From the human T2T-CHM13v2.0 reference genome, Homo sapiens, in assembly GCF_009914755.1 (NCBI RefSeq), contig NC_060938.1: a DNA stretch of 64,000 nt. One strand, written 5' to 3'. Shown one piece after another: positions 1 to 13,415 of this stretch. The translations under genes were made by a program, and so were the position numbers. Numbering within the stretch: position 1 is the stretch's first letter; the number at the start of each line of letters is the position of its first letter. The notes below the pieces were generated by a model, which searched no databases, was not told the DNA's origin, and saw only the letters and a list, made by a program, of their open reading frames with translations.

Positions 1-88
1 AGCAAACATTTATATTTTGAAAATGGAAAAGAAATAAGATATGCAACCACTTTTTCTGAGCTATCATCAATTATAAGAAAATACTGAG

Positions 89-391
<303 letters not shown>

Positions 392-477
392 TTAACCCAC
401 AACTCACAAGCACCCAAATATTTGTTGTTTCATTCAGGGTTGAAAGTGTAGAAAGTGAAGGACACTCATTTTACTGG

Positions 478-931
478 GGTGAGCAGGTATATGCAACCCT
501 ACCTCTCAAGGCTGAGGAAGCTGAGGGGTCAAAGAAAGAGGCTGACAAATCCAGTTTTCTGAGAAAGAAAATATTTAATAGGGACTAATGAACTGAAGCA
601 ATGTCTCAAGTGGCTGCGGAGAGTAGATCCCTGCACCCACTCTCCAGAAATATTCTTTATATAGCAAGCTTTTAGGGTAAAGACATGAATAGCTGATTAT
701 GTCTCAAACTGTTTTGCTGAAACATGATCACTAGGGATGATAAAGATAAACATCTTTATGAGGGTATCTGTGTTAAGGGTATTGTTTCTTTATGAGGGGT
801 AATCTGTGCTATAGGCATTATTTAAAGACCTTGCTGCAAGAACATCTATCCAGGAGTCAAACATCAGTCATCATGGTGATTTTGTTTCAAGATGGCATTA
901 CTCTTGCCATGCAACATGCTGTTTTCCTATG
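478..931 (-). mobile_element. Solo ERV LTR (LTR47-like)
   Basis: The minus strand starts ...ggaaaacagcatgttgcatggcaagagtaatgccatcttgaaacaaaa, resembling the LTR47 5' end as I recall it. It has an internal ~35-bp tandem duplication (ctttatgaggg..atctgtg x2, ~753-810). Subfamily is from memory. Confidence 0.55.
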
Positions 932-1699
932 CCCAAGAAAGATATTCAATTAACATGATCAATATAGACATTCATAGCAGATATTTCACATTTTTAAAAT
1001 CTACATTGTGATCTCAATTATCTGGATTAATTTTCCTAATTAATTGCAACTATAGATTAATTGCTCTTTTTTTTTCATTTTGTATGGCCTTAATGAAATG
1101 TGAGTCTAGTTAAAGTGCAAATTTCTTTTCTTTGTAAGGAAATGGTCCAGGCTAGAAGGGAAACACATTTGTAGCTAACTTCAATGGCTTGTCTTTAGAA
1201 TTCCCTATACTTTATCTGGAAAGTCCTCCTTTCCTTGAATTCTAGTGGGACACTTGGCATTCCAACTGGCTGCAGGGAGAGGTGGTTTCTGATAGGGAGT
1301 ATTGAGCTCTTTACACTCTCTTGTCATCTTCAACTCCAACTTCAACTTCAACTCTTGTCAACTCCAACATGCAGCTGGAGACAGAAACTAAAGGTCTCTT
1401 CCAAGGTTGAAAGCAACCTTGCTCTTTGCTCCAAAAAGGGATACTACTTCTATTTTCCAATGATGTTCACTATACAAACATCCTTGAAAGTATAATTCAG
1501 AAAAAGGCAGTGTACCTCTGCTCACAAGTCATGCAGACATGTGAGAGATTTATGGATAATTATCTCTCAATACTATTTCTTAGAAGAATTTAGATCTAAA
1601 TATCCTTGGAGAAAGACGACATCAACTTATCTGCATCAAGCTACTGTTGTCCAATTTTAAACGGGCATTTACATTTTATTCTTTTTCTAAATCCTCTCT

Positions 1700-2055
1700 G
1701 TCTTAGGAAAATCTAGATTATGCTGCAATAATGAACAACCTCTAAAATCTCAGAAGTTTAATGAAAAACATTTTAGTTTCACTCACACCATTCTATATAA
1801 GGCTATTTTATACTGTCGCTCAAATAGATAGAATTTTACTTTCTTATAGATGCACTATGTACAGCACTGTCTCCTCAATGGCCCTGGCATCAGAAGACAG
1901 AAAGACTCATACATGGACTTTTCACTGCCTTATCCTGAAAATGACATAGGTCATATTTTATTAGCCAGTGCTGGTTACATGGTCAGATCTAATGTAAAGG
2001 TGCTGGGAATATAGGAAGGCTAATGGAATACTGAGTAAGCATTCCTCTCTCAGAC
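1700..2055 (-). mobile_element. Old MaLR LTR fragment (MLT1-like)
   Basis: tatgctgcaataatgaacaacctctaaaatctcagaagtttaa resembles the reverse complement of the MLT1 3' end. Confidence 0.5.
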
Positions 2056-2394
2056 ACACTTTATTTGGACTTCCCACCATTCTTCCATTTTGTGTTTTTA
2101 GGAACAATGCTAATCCACTTCTTGACTTAGATTACCAGATCTGTTTTGTCTAGATTCAAAGGAATCTTTCTGATGATATATTCCCTCAGTCCTCTAGAAC
2201 GTGAAATCAGAAACCTATAGCCCTGCCTTTATAACATTAAGTGGGCTTTGTCATTCTTTGCACAGGCAAAACGTACTTTCCACCAAGGTGAAAGAAAGGT
2301 TGCCCATTCGATATCTAAGTTGCTTATTGGTTTAATTGATTGTGGCTGTTATTGGGCTTCAGAAATAGATTACAAAAGAAACATACCAGGACTT

Positions 2395-3250
2395 TGGGAG
2401 TCCTTAGAGTGATGGAGGGAGAGGACACAGGTAAGCCAAAACCTGTAAAACAACGGTGTATGGTATTTGCTGTGATTTAGGTATGCACAGGGTATTTGGA
2501 AAGCTCAGAGGAAGAGGCACTTAATCTAGATCAGGGGCTTCCGAGAAAACTTTCTGATTTTTTAGGGAATACTTGAATTGACATTTGAAGGACACATAAT
2601 AGCTAAACTTATTTTTTTAAGTGAAAGTGGCTGGAAAATCGTTCTAGAAATAGATAACAATTTGCCCAAGGACAGAAACATGAAAGATCATGGCTCTGTT
2701 TTTAAAACAATGTGAACTATTAAAGGATTTTAAGTACAATGAGATTTTTGTATTATAAAGATCATTCTGACAGCAAATTAAGGGATTGGAAGGAAGTGAG
2801 ACTGAGTCTGTAGCAGTGTCAGGAGGCTTTCACAATATCCCAGACAATAGTGCAAGTATAGATAGAAAGGAGGAAATTGATGTGTATGATGGTAAGTAGA
2901 TAGAATATCAGAATGTGATAATTAAGTGGACATTGGGAATGAGAAAGAGAGAAGGCTCAAGTGTAACTCCAAAACTTCATAGTTATATGGAAAAATATAA
3001 ATTTTAGGATGAAAATAAAGTTTATCCTTTGATTGGCAGCTGCGGAACATAATGGTATACATTCTGATCTGAAGTTCAGCGGAAGCCATGGATACAGACA
3101 GAGGAAATTACCCTGGGAAAGGGAGATGAAAGGAGAGAGGGGAGAGGTCAGCAACATGACAACATCCTGAGAAGAGCCACAACATAAGTGTGCCTCTGTT
3201 AATAGGATATGCAAGCTTTGTGTCTACCTATGTGTTGAACAATGTGAGCT
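2395..3250 (-). mobile_element. L2 LINE fragment
   Basis: Purine-rich degenerate antisense-L2 motifs (gaggcacttaatctaga, gaattgacatttgaagga, aaagatcattctgacagc). Confidence 0.55.
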
Positions 3251-6200
3251 TTAAAGAGAAAACAAAATCACCAGAACAATTTCAAAATGCTTTGCCTCAC
3301 CGACTTTCACCTTCTAAGCACATTCAACATAAATTCAGTGATGAAGAAAATCACAGATTTAAAGTAAGTGGCAAATTGAAAGCATGTGTTAGTCACCAGC
3401 AAACACTAAATATGTTTTACACTTCCAAATCTCTTGTCTTCACTGGTGCACTGCTGAAATAATCATGATAAACCTCACAAAACTCCCAGGAGGTAGGAAA
3501 TGAACGTGGCAGTACTTGGTGGCATCCTTGTAAATAAGAACAGATGCTCATCCATCCACAAAACCATTTTGTGCCAGACTGCCTTAGGTCATGGGGTGGT
3601 TGAACAAAGGAAATCCCAGTCTTCTACCTGTCCCAGCTCAATGAGATTGGCATTAGATGTAACTGCTGTTGAACCAACTGGAGTCAGGAAATCTTTCACA
3701 TAGAGCAACACTTTGGAATATTAGAAACTTGCCAAGGAGCTCAAAGCACATCTGAGTCATTGATTCACTAACTCCCAGGCAGTCCTTGTGGAACAGGAAA
3801 TGGCTTTGCATACAATTTTAGAAGAGCTGAAACCTTAAAGTCAGCAAATTAGTGGCCAAGCCCAAATCCCAGTAAAGTCCTTTTTTTACTAAACCCAAAC
3901 ACTTGGCACTATCGCCTAAGTACATAAGGAGGTCTTGGAGGATGCATCCCTTGGAAACTCCCTCAGTGAGCTCAGTTATATCTCCAGTTTGCTTGGTACA
4001 GAGCCATTTTGACTCACCACCTAAAAGCTGTAGGGAGGAGAGGTGGCCCAGCCTCCACTCTACTCCTGTTTCTTGTCATCCTCTCAAGAACTGCTGCTAC
4101 TCCTTTCAGCCTGGTTCCAAGCCAGAGACCCTGCTGTTTTTATTGGAGGCAGAAAATGAGTAAGGAAGAGTGATAATTCCCTTCAACAAGTACCCTGGGA
4201 CATTCACTTGTTGCTTTGGCATGGTACCTCATGACATTTTGAGCTGCTACTTCATTAAAACGGGAATTTTGATTACACTGCCCTGCCTCCTAGGCATATT
4301 ATGTGCTTCTTTAAAGACTAATCTAAAGGCATTTGGGCTCAATGGCTTCATATAGTTTACAAGTTTTGATAAAAGTTTGATAAAAATATGTCTTTCAAAA
4401 AAAAATCACTTCTCCTTTAAAAACAGGAGAGTGGAAATCACAGCAGTCATTATCTGTTTCTACTCAGGGCTGAATTGTTCTTCTGAGAATCTCTTCCATT
4501 GTGCTTTTAAATATTGTATTATGCGACATCAAATCCTGTTTTAATGCAACATATTGATTCTCTTATAGGCTAGGGTATTATCGTCTTAAACAGATTCAAA
4601 GTAAATGATTAAACATAGCTTATGCCATTGCAGTCGCCAGCAATTTAACATCCTCTTCTGACTGGCATGTTTAGTGGCTGGCTGCTCAAGTGGTGAAGGA
4701 TAGAACCTTTTACACTGATGGCTGTGAAATGAAAGTCAAAGACAATGTAAAGCCTCTCATTGCCCCCTTTCCATAAAATAACTAACACATATTAATTGTA
4801 AAAATACAGTAGGCTTAGTTCCTTTAGGACAGGAGGCTTATTTCTCCACTATTGGTATAGCTAGAAAAGAAAAGAGGAGAAGGTAAAAACACTCTGCTTT
4901 ATTCATTGAACTTTTGAACAATAGCTAGGGCTAAGCTGGTGTCTGGCAACCTGCAACATGTTTGTGCTCAAAGCATACCTTTTCAGTTGTTTTAGAAAGC
5001 ACAGCTCTGTGGGAAAGCATTTTGGTAAGAATCAAATTTCCTTACCAGTGTCATAAATGTGTAAAATTGAGCCAGTGTTTGTATCATAGAAAAATGCTAA
5101 ATGGAGAAGATTTGGGAGGGAAGAAGAGATCAGAGTGCTGCTCAGTTGCTTATATGGAAAGTATGACCTAAACCAGCCCTTGTGTGAATGACACTGTCAC
5201 CTGTCCTACAAAATCCAAAATGAGCTCCCTAAGGTACTGGGATAATTGGAGACTACTTACCCAAGATAGATCCTTGGGAGCCAGCTGTGCAATGGGGCTG
5301 GGTTTCAGCTCTCTTCAAGCTGGTCACTCCTGGGACATGAATGTCTCTCAGATTTCCAAGGAGGTGAATAGTGGAGGAAGGAGTAGGATCAAGGGCATAC
5401 AGGTTTTAAAACTTGAAAGCCAGAAGACATCACTACATAGAAGGCAAAGAGCATGTTGGAAAGAGACTTTTTACTCATGGCAGAAAGATGCATCTTTTTT
5501 ACCCTTTCAGAATTATCCTAAAGTGGGTATCCTAGGAGGGGCTGCTCCCAAAGGGTGCACAGTGTCCCTTCTATTAATGACTCTTGATATGTCCTCTGAC
5601 TTGTTTTCTCAGTTTACATTTGAAAACATAATGTATTGATTAGTTGTGACTTGGCCACAGTAACTCATTTTGTCCTTGGTAGTGCTAAGGTCAGACTCCA
5701 AGCTGAACTTCCAGTGAGCTTCCCATTTCACTGACATTTCCATTTCAGCCCTTTACTCTTTGGCTGAAAGCCAATCTCTTTTTATCAAAATACACAGCCC
5801 ATTTTAGATATTTCAAAACAAACATGATCACAAAGTAACCTGAAAGGTGAAGTGAAAGAGGTAATAAATAGTTCCAAAAGGGTTATTTCTGAATTAGCAG
5901 GAGATTAAGAATTGGGGGAAGAGAAGAAAGCAGCCAAACATCTCTAAGAAAAGGGATATGCCCTTCCGTGGACAGAGTGAGGTGGGATGGAGGAGTTGTC
6001 CATCCTTGAGAGTAGAATATCCCCCTAGGTGGTCAGAGGTGGGGTTTGTGACAGAGGGAGGAGAACAGCCAGAAAGGAGCTGACAAGTGTCAGCCCAACA
6101 CAATTGATTTTCTGATGAAATGAGGCTTTCCTACTGTAAGATGTGTATATTTTTGTTTAGTGGGCATTTGGGATGAGAGCTCTAAGGAAGAAAGAGGAAG

Positions 6201-6274
6201 TGATATCCTGGAATAAGCATTCTGGAGAAGCATGGCTAGGTTTAGACAAAGGCTATCGGCTTTAAAAAATAGAT

Positions 6275-6803
6275 TGTATTATTATTCAGGGACAGTGAGG
6301 CCAACAGATCAGAGGACTACTGCCATTGAAAAGATTATTACTCCAAGTTCCTATGGGGGGTGGGGCACATCATGCCACCCAGGGTCGCACTGGGAAGCAC
6401 CGGGGTCAGTCAGGAGGCAGAGGAAATGAGGGCCAAGTATGGGCACAAGCCTCAACTGTCGTTTCCCTAGGAAGGAATGGGCCGAGCGGGGTAAGCTGGT
6501 TTAGGATTGCATAGCCTGAATAATTTGCATGGGCTCTGGAGCATAGGGACTTCTCCAGTGTTCTTGTTGGCTCTGGGATGATTAAAGGAAGGGAATAGTG
6601 GCAAGAGTATAAAAGCCTGATAAAGTAGGCGGTGGGCTGCTGGGTCCTAGATTGGTTAGTTTGCATATGAAAGGTGGCTAAGGAGTGAGTTTTTTGCTAT
6701 GTCTAGAAATTGACTTGCCCTAGGAGGGTCAATCTCTCCAGGATCCACAAGTCCCAGGAGTCAAAGCCTCAGAGATACAGAAAATAAAAGTGTGATTAAT
6801 ACA
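6275..6803 (-). mobile_element. Solo ERVL-class LTR (MER76/MER77-like)
   Basis: TG...CA termini (tgtatta...taataca) and internal motifs ggaagcaccggggtcagtcaggaggcagagg and tttgcatatgaaagg typical of this LTR group. Subfamily is uncertain. Confidence 0.6.
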
Positions 6804-7205
6804 CTATCCAAGGGTGATGTCCCCACATTAGAGAAGGAAAGAGACTCCTTCCTTGGTATGATATTGATATCATACCAATAAGTGGTATCCTTGTGAAAAG
6901 AAAGTGCTGTATCTAATTAGATATGTTTTGAGAGGTGATAGTGTCCAGGAGAGTGAGGACAATCCTGGGAGTGAAGATGTTGTCCTGGGTAGGGTAGGAG
7001 TGGTCATCTGCAGGAGAATGTCCCACAAAGAAGTGGCATGGACACTCTGCTGAGGGCTCCAAATGCAGAGGGAAATTGACCCAAAATAGGAAATGATAAA
7101 TGGCATGACAGATGAAATCATAGCTCTTTCAAATGGAAAGTAGCCTCCTCCTACAAATAATATTCTTGAATCTGTGGCCTGAAACAACTGGAGGATCACC
7201 ATTCC

Positions 7206-7233
7206 TTTTTTTTTTTTTTTTTTTTTTTTTTTT
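7206..7233. repeat. Poly-T tract (~28 nt)
   Basis: Directly visible homopolymer. Confidence 0.95.
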
Positions 7234-7978
7234 GTCTGGTGTTACAACCAGAGAAACAGTGGTTTCAATTGGTTGGGAAAGGCAGCATCTACACGGAGAG
7301 CACAGCAGGCCTGTTTACCTCTCAGCTTGTGCTGTTGGGTTTACAGCAATATTTTCTGCATCTTAGTCAAAGAATTTTACTTGTCCAGTGTTGAGCTGTT
7401 AGAGGAAAATTGATTTGTCTATTTATTTTTAGCAATATTATAAAAACAAGCTGGGGAGAGGGCTGTTCATTCTCTCAACCCCACCTTTCTCAATACATTT
7501 CTCAAATAGCACACTCCCTGGGAGGGTCTATGACAACAGAATCCCTCCAGATTTAAATCTAGACCTGAACACTTGAAACCAGGCATGTGATATTGGAAAA
7601 GTGGCTTTCAACCACCTTGTGAATGAGAAGCGGCAGCCAGCAAAATGCAACCATGAATCTACTCCCAAATCATGAAAGCTGTTGACTTCCTCATTTATTA
7701 TGTTAGTGGCTCAGGGGAAAATAAAAACTGCACAGTGATTTGCAGTCAAATTTCTACTGCACTACTGGAAGTTACAATGGTGTAAGTTGGGGGGAGTTTT
7801 CAGCTCTGATGTTCTAGTAGAGCTGAGTGAAGGGAGAGGCAGGCTGAAGGACTTTGAGTCCTGGTCCATTCATCTCAATTTTCCTAACTGAACAACCCAC
7901 TCCCCGACTAGAAAAGTCCTCCCCTTAACTGGGCTATAGCTACAGTCTACAGATAATGCAGCCACTGGATACTAAAAG

Positions 7979-7991
7979 CCACTAGGTGGCA
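7979..7991 (+). promoter_or_regulatory. Candidate CTCF binding site
   Basis: CCACTAGGTGGCA matches the CTCF core consensus CCASYAGRKGGCR. Motif only; no binding data. Confidence 0.55.
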
Positions 7992-10339
7992 TTTGTGATT
8001 TATTACTTTGGAAGCTGAGATTTTTAAAATATCTCTGCTGATCCTTTGCTTAGACTGAACAAGACATTTAACATTCCTAAGCATTTCATTCAAGAAATGC
8101 ATAGTTGGTTCTCTTTATCAAGCTCAAAAGGGATGGGGGAGGCGCAGTGACTGGCTTGAGAAGTTGAATTTCAGATCATCTACATTCTTTTGCAGGTCCT
8201 CTGTGACCTCACACCATCAGCTTACATAAGTAATTACTTGTCTACAATTAAGCTGTAAATAATGCAATCACTCCATTCTTGTCCCATCACTCCAGTCCCA
8301 ACCACAACAAATAGTGCTAATCACATACTTATTCAAGTGTGTAATTATTCACAGTTAAACTTCTGTCACTTTCACCCTGTTTGGAAACAGCAGAACACAA
8401 CCTGTAATTAGCAAATGTGGCTCCAGGCACTTTTGCTTGGGAGTACGCCAGGGATTCAGCACCTAGGCACTCCTTTGATCTGGAAGCTGGCAAGGCGCCT
8501 CACCCTGAGGCCAGAGTGCTATCAGCACTCTGCAAGTCACTGAGATCAATGAATATGTCAAAGGCATCTATCCCAAATCACATATTACTTCCCTCTCTCA
8601 CTGTGGTTTCTGCCTTCGGTATATATTTCATAGACTTTCCTTTTCTTTTTGAACCCTTTGACTTCAGTTTAAAGGGTTACCAGAAAGGTCTCCAAGCCCC
8701 TGTGTTTTCAACTCTGGTTAAAAATGAAAGTCCCAGAAGTCCTGATTGATGATCCTTGTTCTTTCTTAACTCTGCAGTTTTCTTGAACACAGCACAATGG
8801 AGGAGGAATGGCCTTTGCTACCTCACCTGGACCACAAGGAAGAAGGAAACCAAAGACTTTAGCCCAACCCTGTGTGAACCACTTCCCCTCAGTCCCCAGC
8901 TAAACCACCCTGCATGAGTACTCTAGTTGCAAAGGAGACCAGGTAAACTTCTGATGTTTTGTAGTACATCCGTTATATTTCATCAGAGCAACAACTCAGC
9001 AGCACACATCCTTCCCGGGGAGAGGTAATAGTGTCCTCCTGGGTGGAAAGCAGGATTCAGTAGCCAACTTCTTTCCACAGAGGAAGGCCATAGTCCTTGA
9101 GCTATGAGGTAGTTCTTTTCATAAAAATATATTGGGCCCACAGAAAAGAATAGTGAGCCATAAAGGCCCAGTATGTACAACCATGAATTAGATTTTTATT
9201 TGCATGTCATATTAAGAATTACAATTTGTTTGTTTGAGGAAAGGTTATTCTACCTTCATTAAGACCTCCGACGGCAATTACCTAATGAAAACAAGTTCTC
9301 ATATCTAGCTAGTTTAATGTCTTCCTTTTCTGATATATCCAATTAAGACAGAGCTTTTTCACTTCAACCAAATGTGAATATGCCTCACAGTAGAAGGGTA
9401 AACAGAACTGTTCTTTGTATATAAACATTAGTTAGCTTTTGGTTCTAACCATAACAAAACCAGTTTTTGAAATAATATTTAGAGGTCTCGAAGAGAAGAA
9501 CAGCTATGCAAGCTTCTCCATCAAAGAAGATTGTCCTCAGAATAGAAAGCTTCCCAGGGTAGAAGGTAAAGTGTGAGCAATATAGGGATGCTCCCTGGCC
9601 AACTAACTTAACCAAATGAGCCAAATTAGCCCTGGCAAACAGTGCAGTGACAGATGTGTGAGCCAGATTGCCAAGATGTTTTTATTTTATAATTTTTTAA
9701 GATGAAATGCTATGACTGCTTCTATGTGAGCAAAGTGGAGCAGTGCTGAGTAGTATCTGGTGATTTTGATTAATACAGACTGACAAGCAATCTGGAGGAT
9801 TAGTTAAAAAACAAACCAAAACAGACTTCTATTTTCTCCAACAGCAATGATCTTCAACACAGTTTCACTGATAATAATACTGATGATTTTTTAATTTTTT
9901 TAATTGACAGATAAAACTGTCTGTATTTACCAGGTACAATATGATGTTCTGATTTTTAAATCTCCACTTAATTTAGCCCATTTGAACAAGCAGGACTCTG
10001 TTTTTTAAAACTAATTTTTGAAAGATCTTAATATGCAGTCCACTAACATAACAAGATGGCAAAAACCACCTGCACTGCTGGCTTGGAAGATGGGTGAAAA
10101 GTTGCTTCACCTGCACTGCCCTGTCTGCCTTCCCGAGACTGAAAAACTTTTAAAAAACTCCTTTCCCTCCTGACTTCAGGGCACAATATGACATTTAGTC
10201 AGAAACTGCATGTAGATCTATATGTGTATATAATCTATATTTATATATTTATATCTATATCTGTCTACCTACTTACCTACCTGTATATCGTTGGACAACT
10301 AGAACCCAAAAAGTCATATTCAGCCCCAAATATAACACA

Positions 10340-11300
<961 letters not shown>

Positions 11301-11599
11301 GAATATAATCAATCAAAAGGCTAAAGAATGCAATGTGGAAACTGCCTTGTGAGAGTTCTTTGAGTAATTGCAAGTAAATAAAGGCAGTGAGTAACACTTT
11401 TCCCGTACATTTTATTTTGAAAAATTTCGAACATACTCATGAAATAATTTTATATGAATACCCTTCAGATTCAGCCATTAGCATTTTATTGTGCTTACTT
11501 TATCACATATCTGTCTATCCATCCCTCTTTCTATATTTTAATCTGCCTGATTTGGGGTGCCTTTCAAAGCAAATTGCAGACAGTTGCATATTATTAACT

Positions 11600-13415
11600 A
11601 GAATTTAGTATTTGTTAAATTTTTTCTTTTGATTTATAGTTTACATATAATGAAATGCATAAATTTGTGCATAAAGAAAATTTTCACTAATTTTTTCTGA
11701 ATGCACACAGCTTTGTAGCCCAAATTTCTATCCAGATCAGAACAGTATCTATGCCCTTTAATAGTTGATCTTCAACTCCAACCGTTATAATTTTTTTCTA
11801 CCAGAAATTAGCTTTACTTACTCTAGAATTTCATATGAATGGAATCATGCAGTATATATTCTTTTGTTTATGGCTTCTTTCACATAAATATAATGTTTCT
11901 GAGATTCATTTGTGTTGCTGCATATATTAGCTATTAATTTATTTTTACTGCTGAGTAGTATTTCATGTGTGAATATACTATAGTTTGTTTATTCATTCTT
12001 CTTTTGACAGATGTCTAATTTATTCCCACTTTTGAGCTATTATGAATAAAGCTTCCATGATCACTCATAAACAAGAATTTTTGTGAAGATAGTTTTCCTT
12101 TCTTTTGCATGAATACCTAAGAAAGGAATCATGAGTTATAGGTAATATTCAGTTATAAGGCATATGCTTAGTTTTATAAGAAACTTCCAAAAATTTTTCC
12201 AAAGTGATTGCACAATTTTATTTTCCCATCAACAATGTATGAGTTCCATTACAATCTTGATAACACTTAGTGTTATCGATCTTTTTAATTTTAGCCATAT
12301 TCATGGATGTTAAAGTGGTATCTCATTGTGGCTTTAATTTGCATTTCCCTGATGACTAATGATATTAAGTACTTTTTAATGTGCTTATTGGCCACTTGCT
12401 ATGTTTCATTTTGCAAAATGTTTGTTCAAATATTTTCTTTATTTTCTATTGAGTTGTTGGTGTTTTTATTATTGAGTTGTGTGATTTCTCTTTTCTTCTG
12501 TTGCCCAGGCTGGAATGCAGTGGCAAGCATAGCTCCTGGTAACCTCAAACTCCTGGGCTCCAGCCATCCTCCTCCAGCTTCAGCCTGCCAAGTAGCTGGG
12601 ACTACAGATGCACCACCACACTCAGCAAATTTTTAAATTTTTTGTAGAGACAGGGTCTCACTGTGTTGCCCAGGCTGATCTCAAACTCCTGGCCTCAAGC
12701 AATCCTCACACCTTGGCATCCCAAAGTGTTGGGATTGTAGGTGTGAACCACCACACTCAGCCTGATTCCCTTATATACCCTGTCTCTGGTATATTTTTCC
12801 CCAGTCTGTGGCTTACCTTTCGTTTTCCTAAGTGAGCTTTTTGATGAACAGAAGTTTTTAATTTTGTTGTAGTCAAATTAATCAACTTCTTGTGGTTATT
12901 GCTTTATATGACCTAAGAAACCTTCCCATATCCCCAATTCCTGAAGATAGTCTTCTGTATTTTTCTCTAAATGATCTTATCTTTAGATACACTCCACCTT
13001 GAATTAATTTTTGTATATGGTGTAATGTAGGCATGGAGGTTTTTGTTTATTTGTTTTGTTTTATATGGATATCTAATTGTTCCAGCAACATTTGTTAAAA
13101 AGACTTTCCTTTCCCAGATGCCTTATTTTGGCATCTTCATCAAAAATCAAATGACTAAGTGTGGTTTGATTTCTAGGCTGTCTATTACATTCTTTTGATT
13201 TATATGTTGATCCTGATGTCAGTACTATTCTTGACTAATATAGCTTTATAGTAAATCTTAAAATCAGACAATTTAAGTCCTTTGACTTTGCTCTTTTTTT
13301 CCAAGACTGCTTTGATTATTACAGGTGGTTTGCATTTCCATATCAATTCTGGAGTCAGCTTGTCAATTTCTACAAAAATTCTGCAGGGATTTTGATTGGG
13401 ATTACATTAAATTGG
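11600..13415 (-). mobile_element. Old L1 (L1MB/MC-like) 3' UTR and ORF2-end fragment, interrupted by AluJ
   Basis: Antisense L1 motifs: tcatatgaatggaatcatgcagtat, tggtatctcattgtggctttaatttgcatttccctgatgactaatgat, gggattttgattgggattacattaaat. Confidence 0.85.
12492..12762 (-). mobile_element. AluJ
   Basis: tgttgcccaggctggaatgcagtggc...aaactcctgggctc...gagacagggtctcactgtgttgcccaggctg (J-type diagnostics); diverged. Confidence 0.88.
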
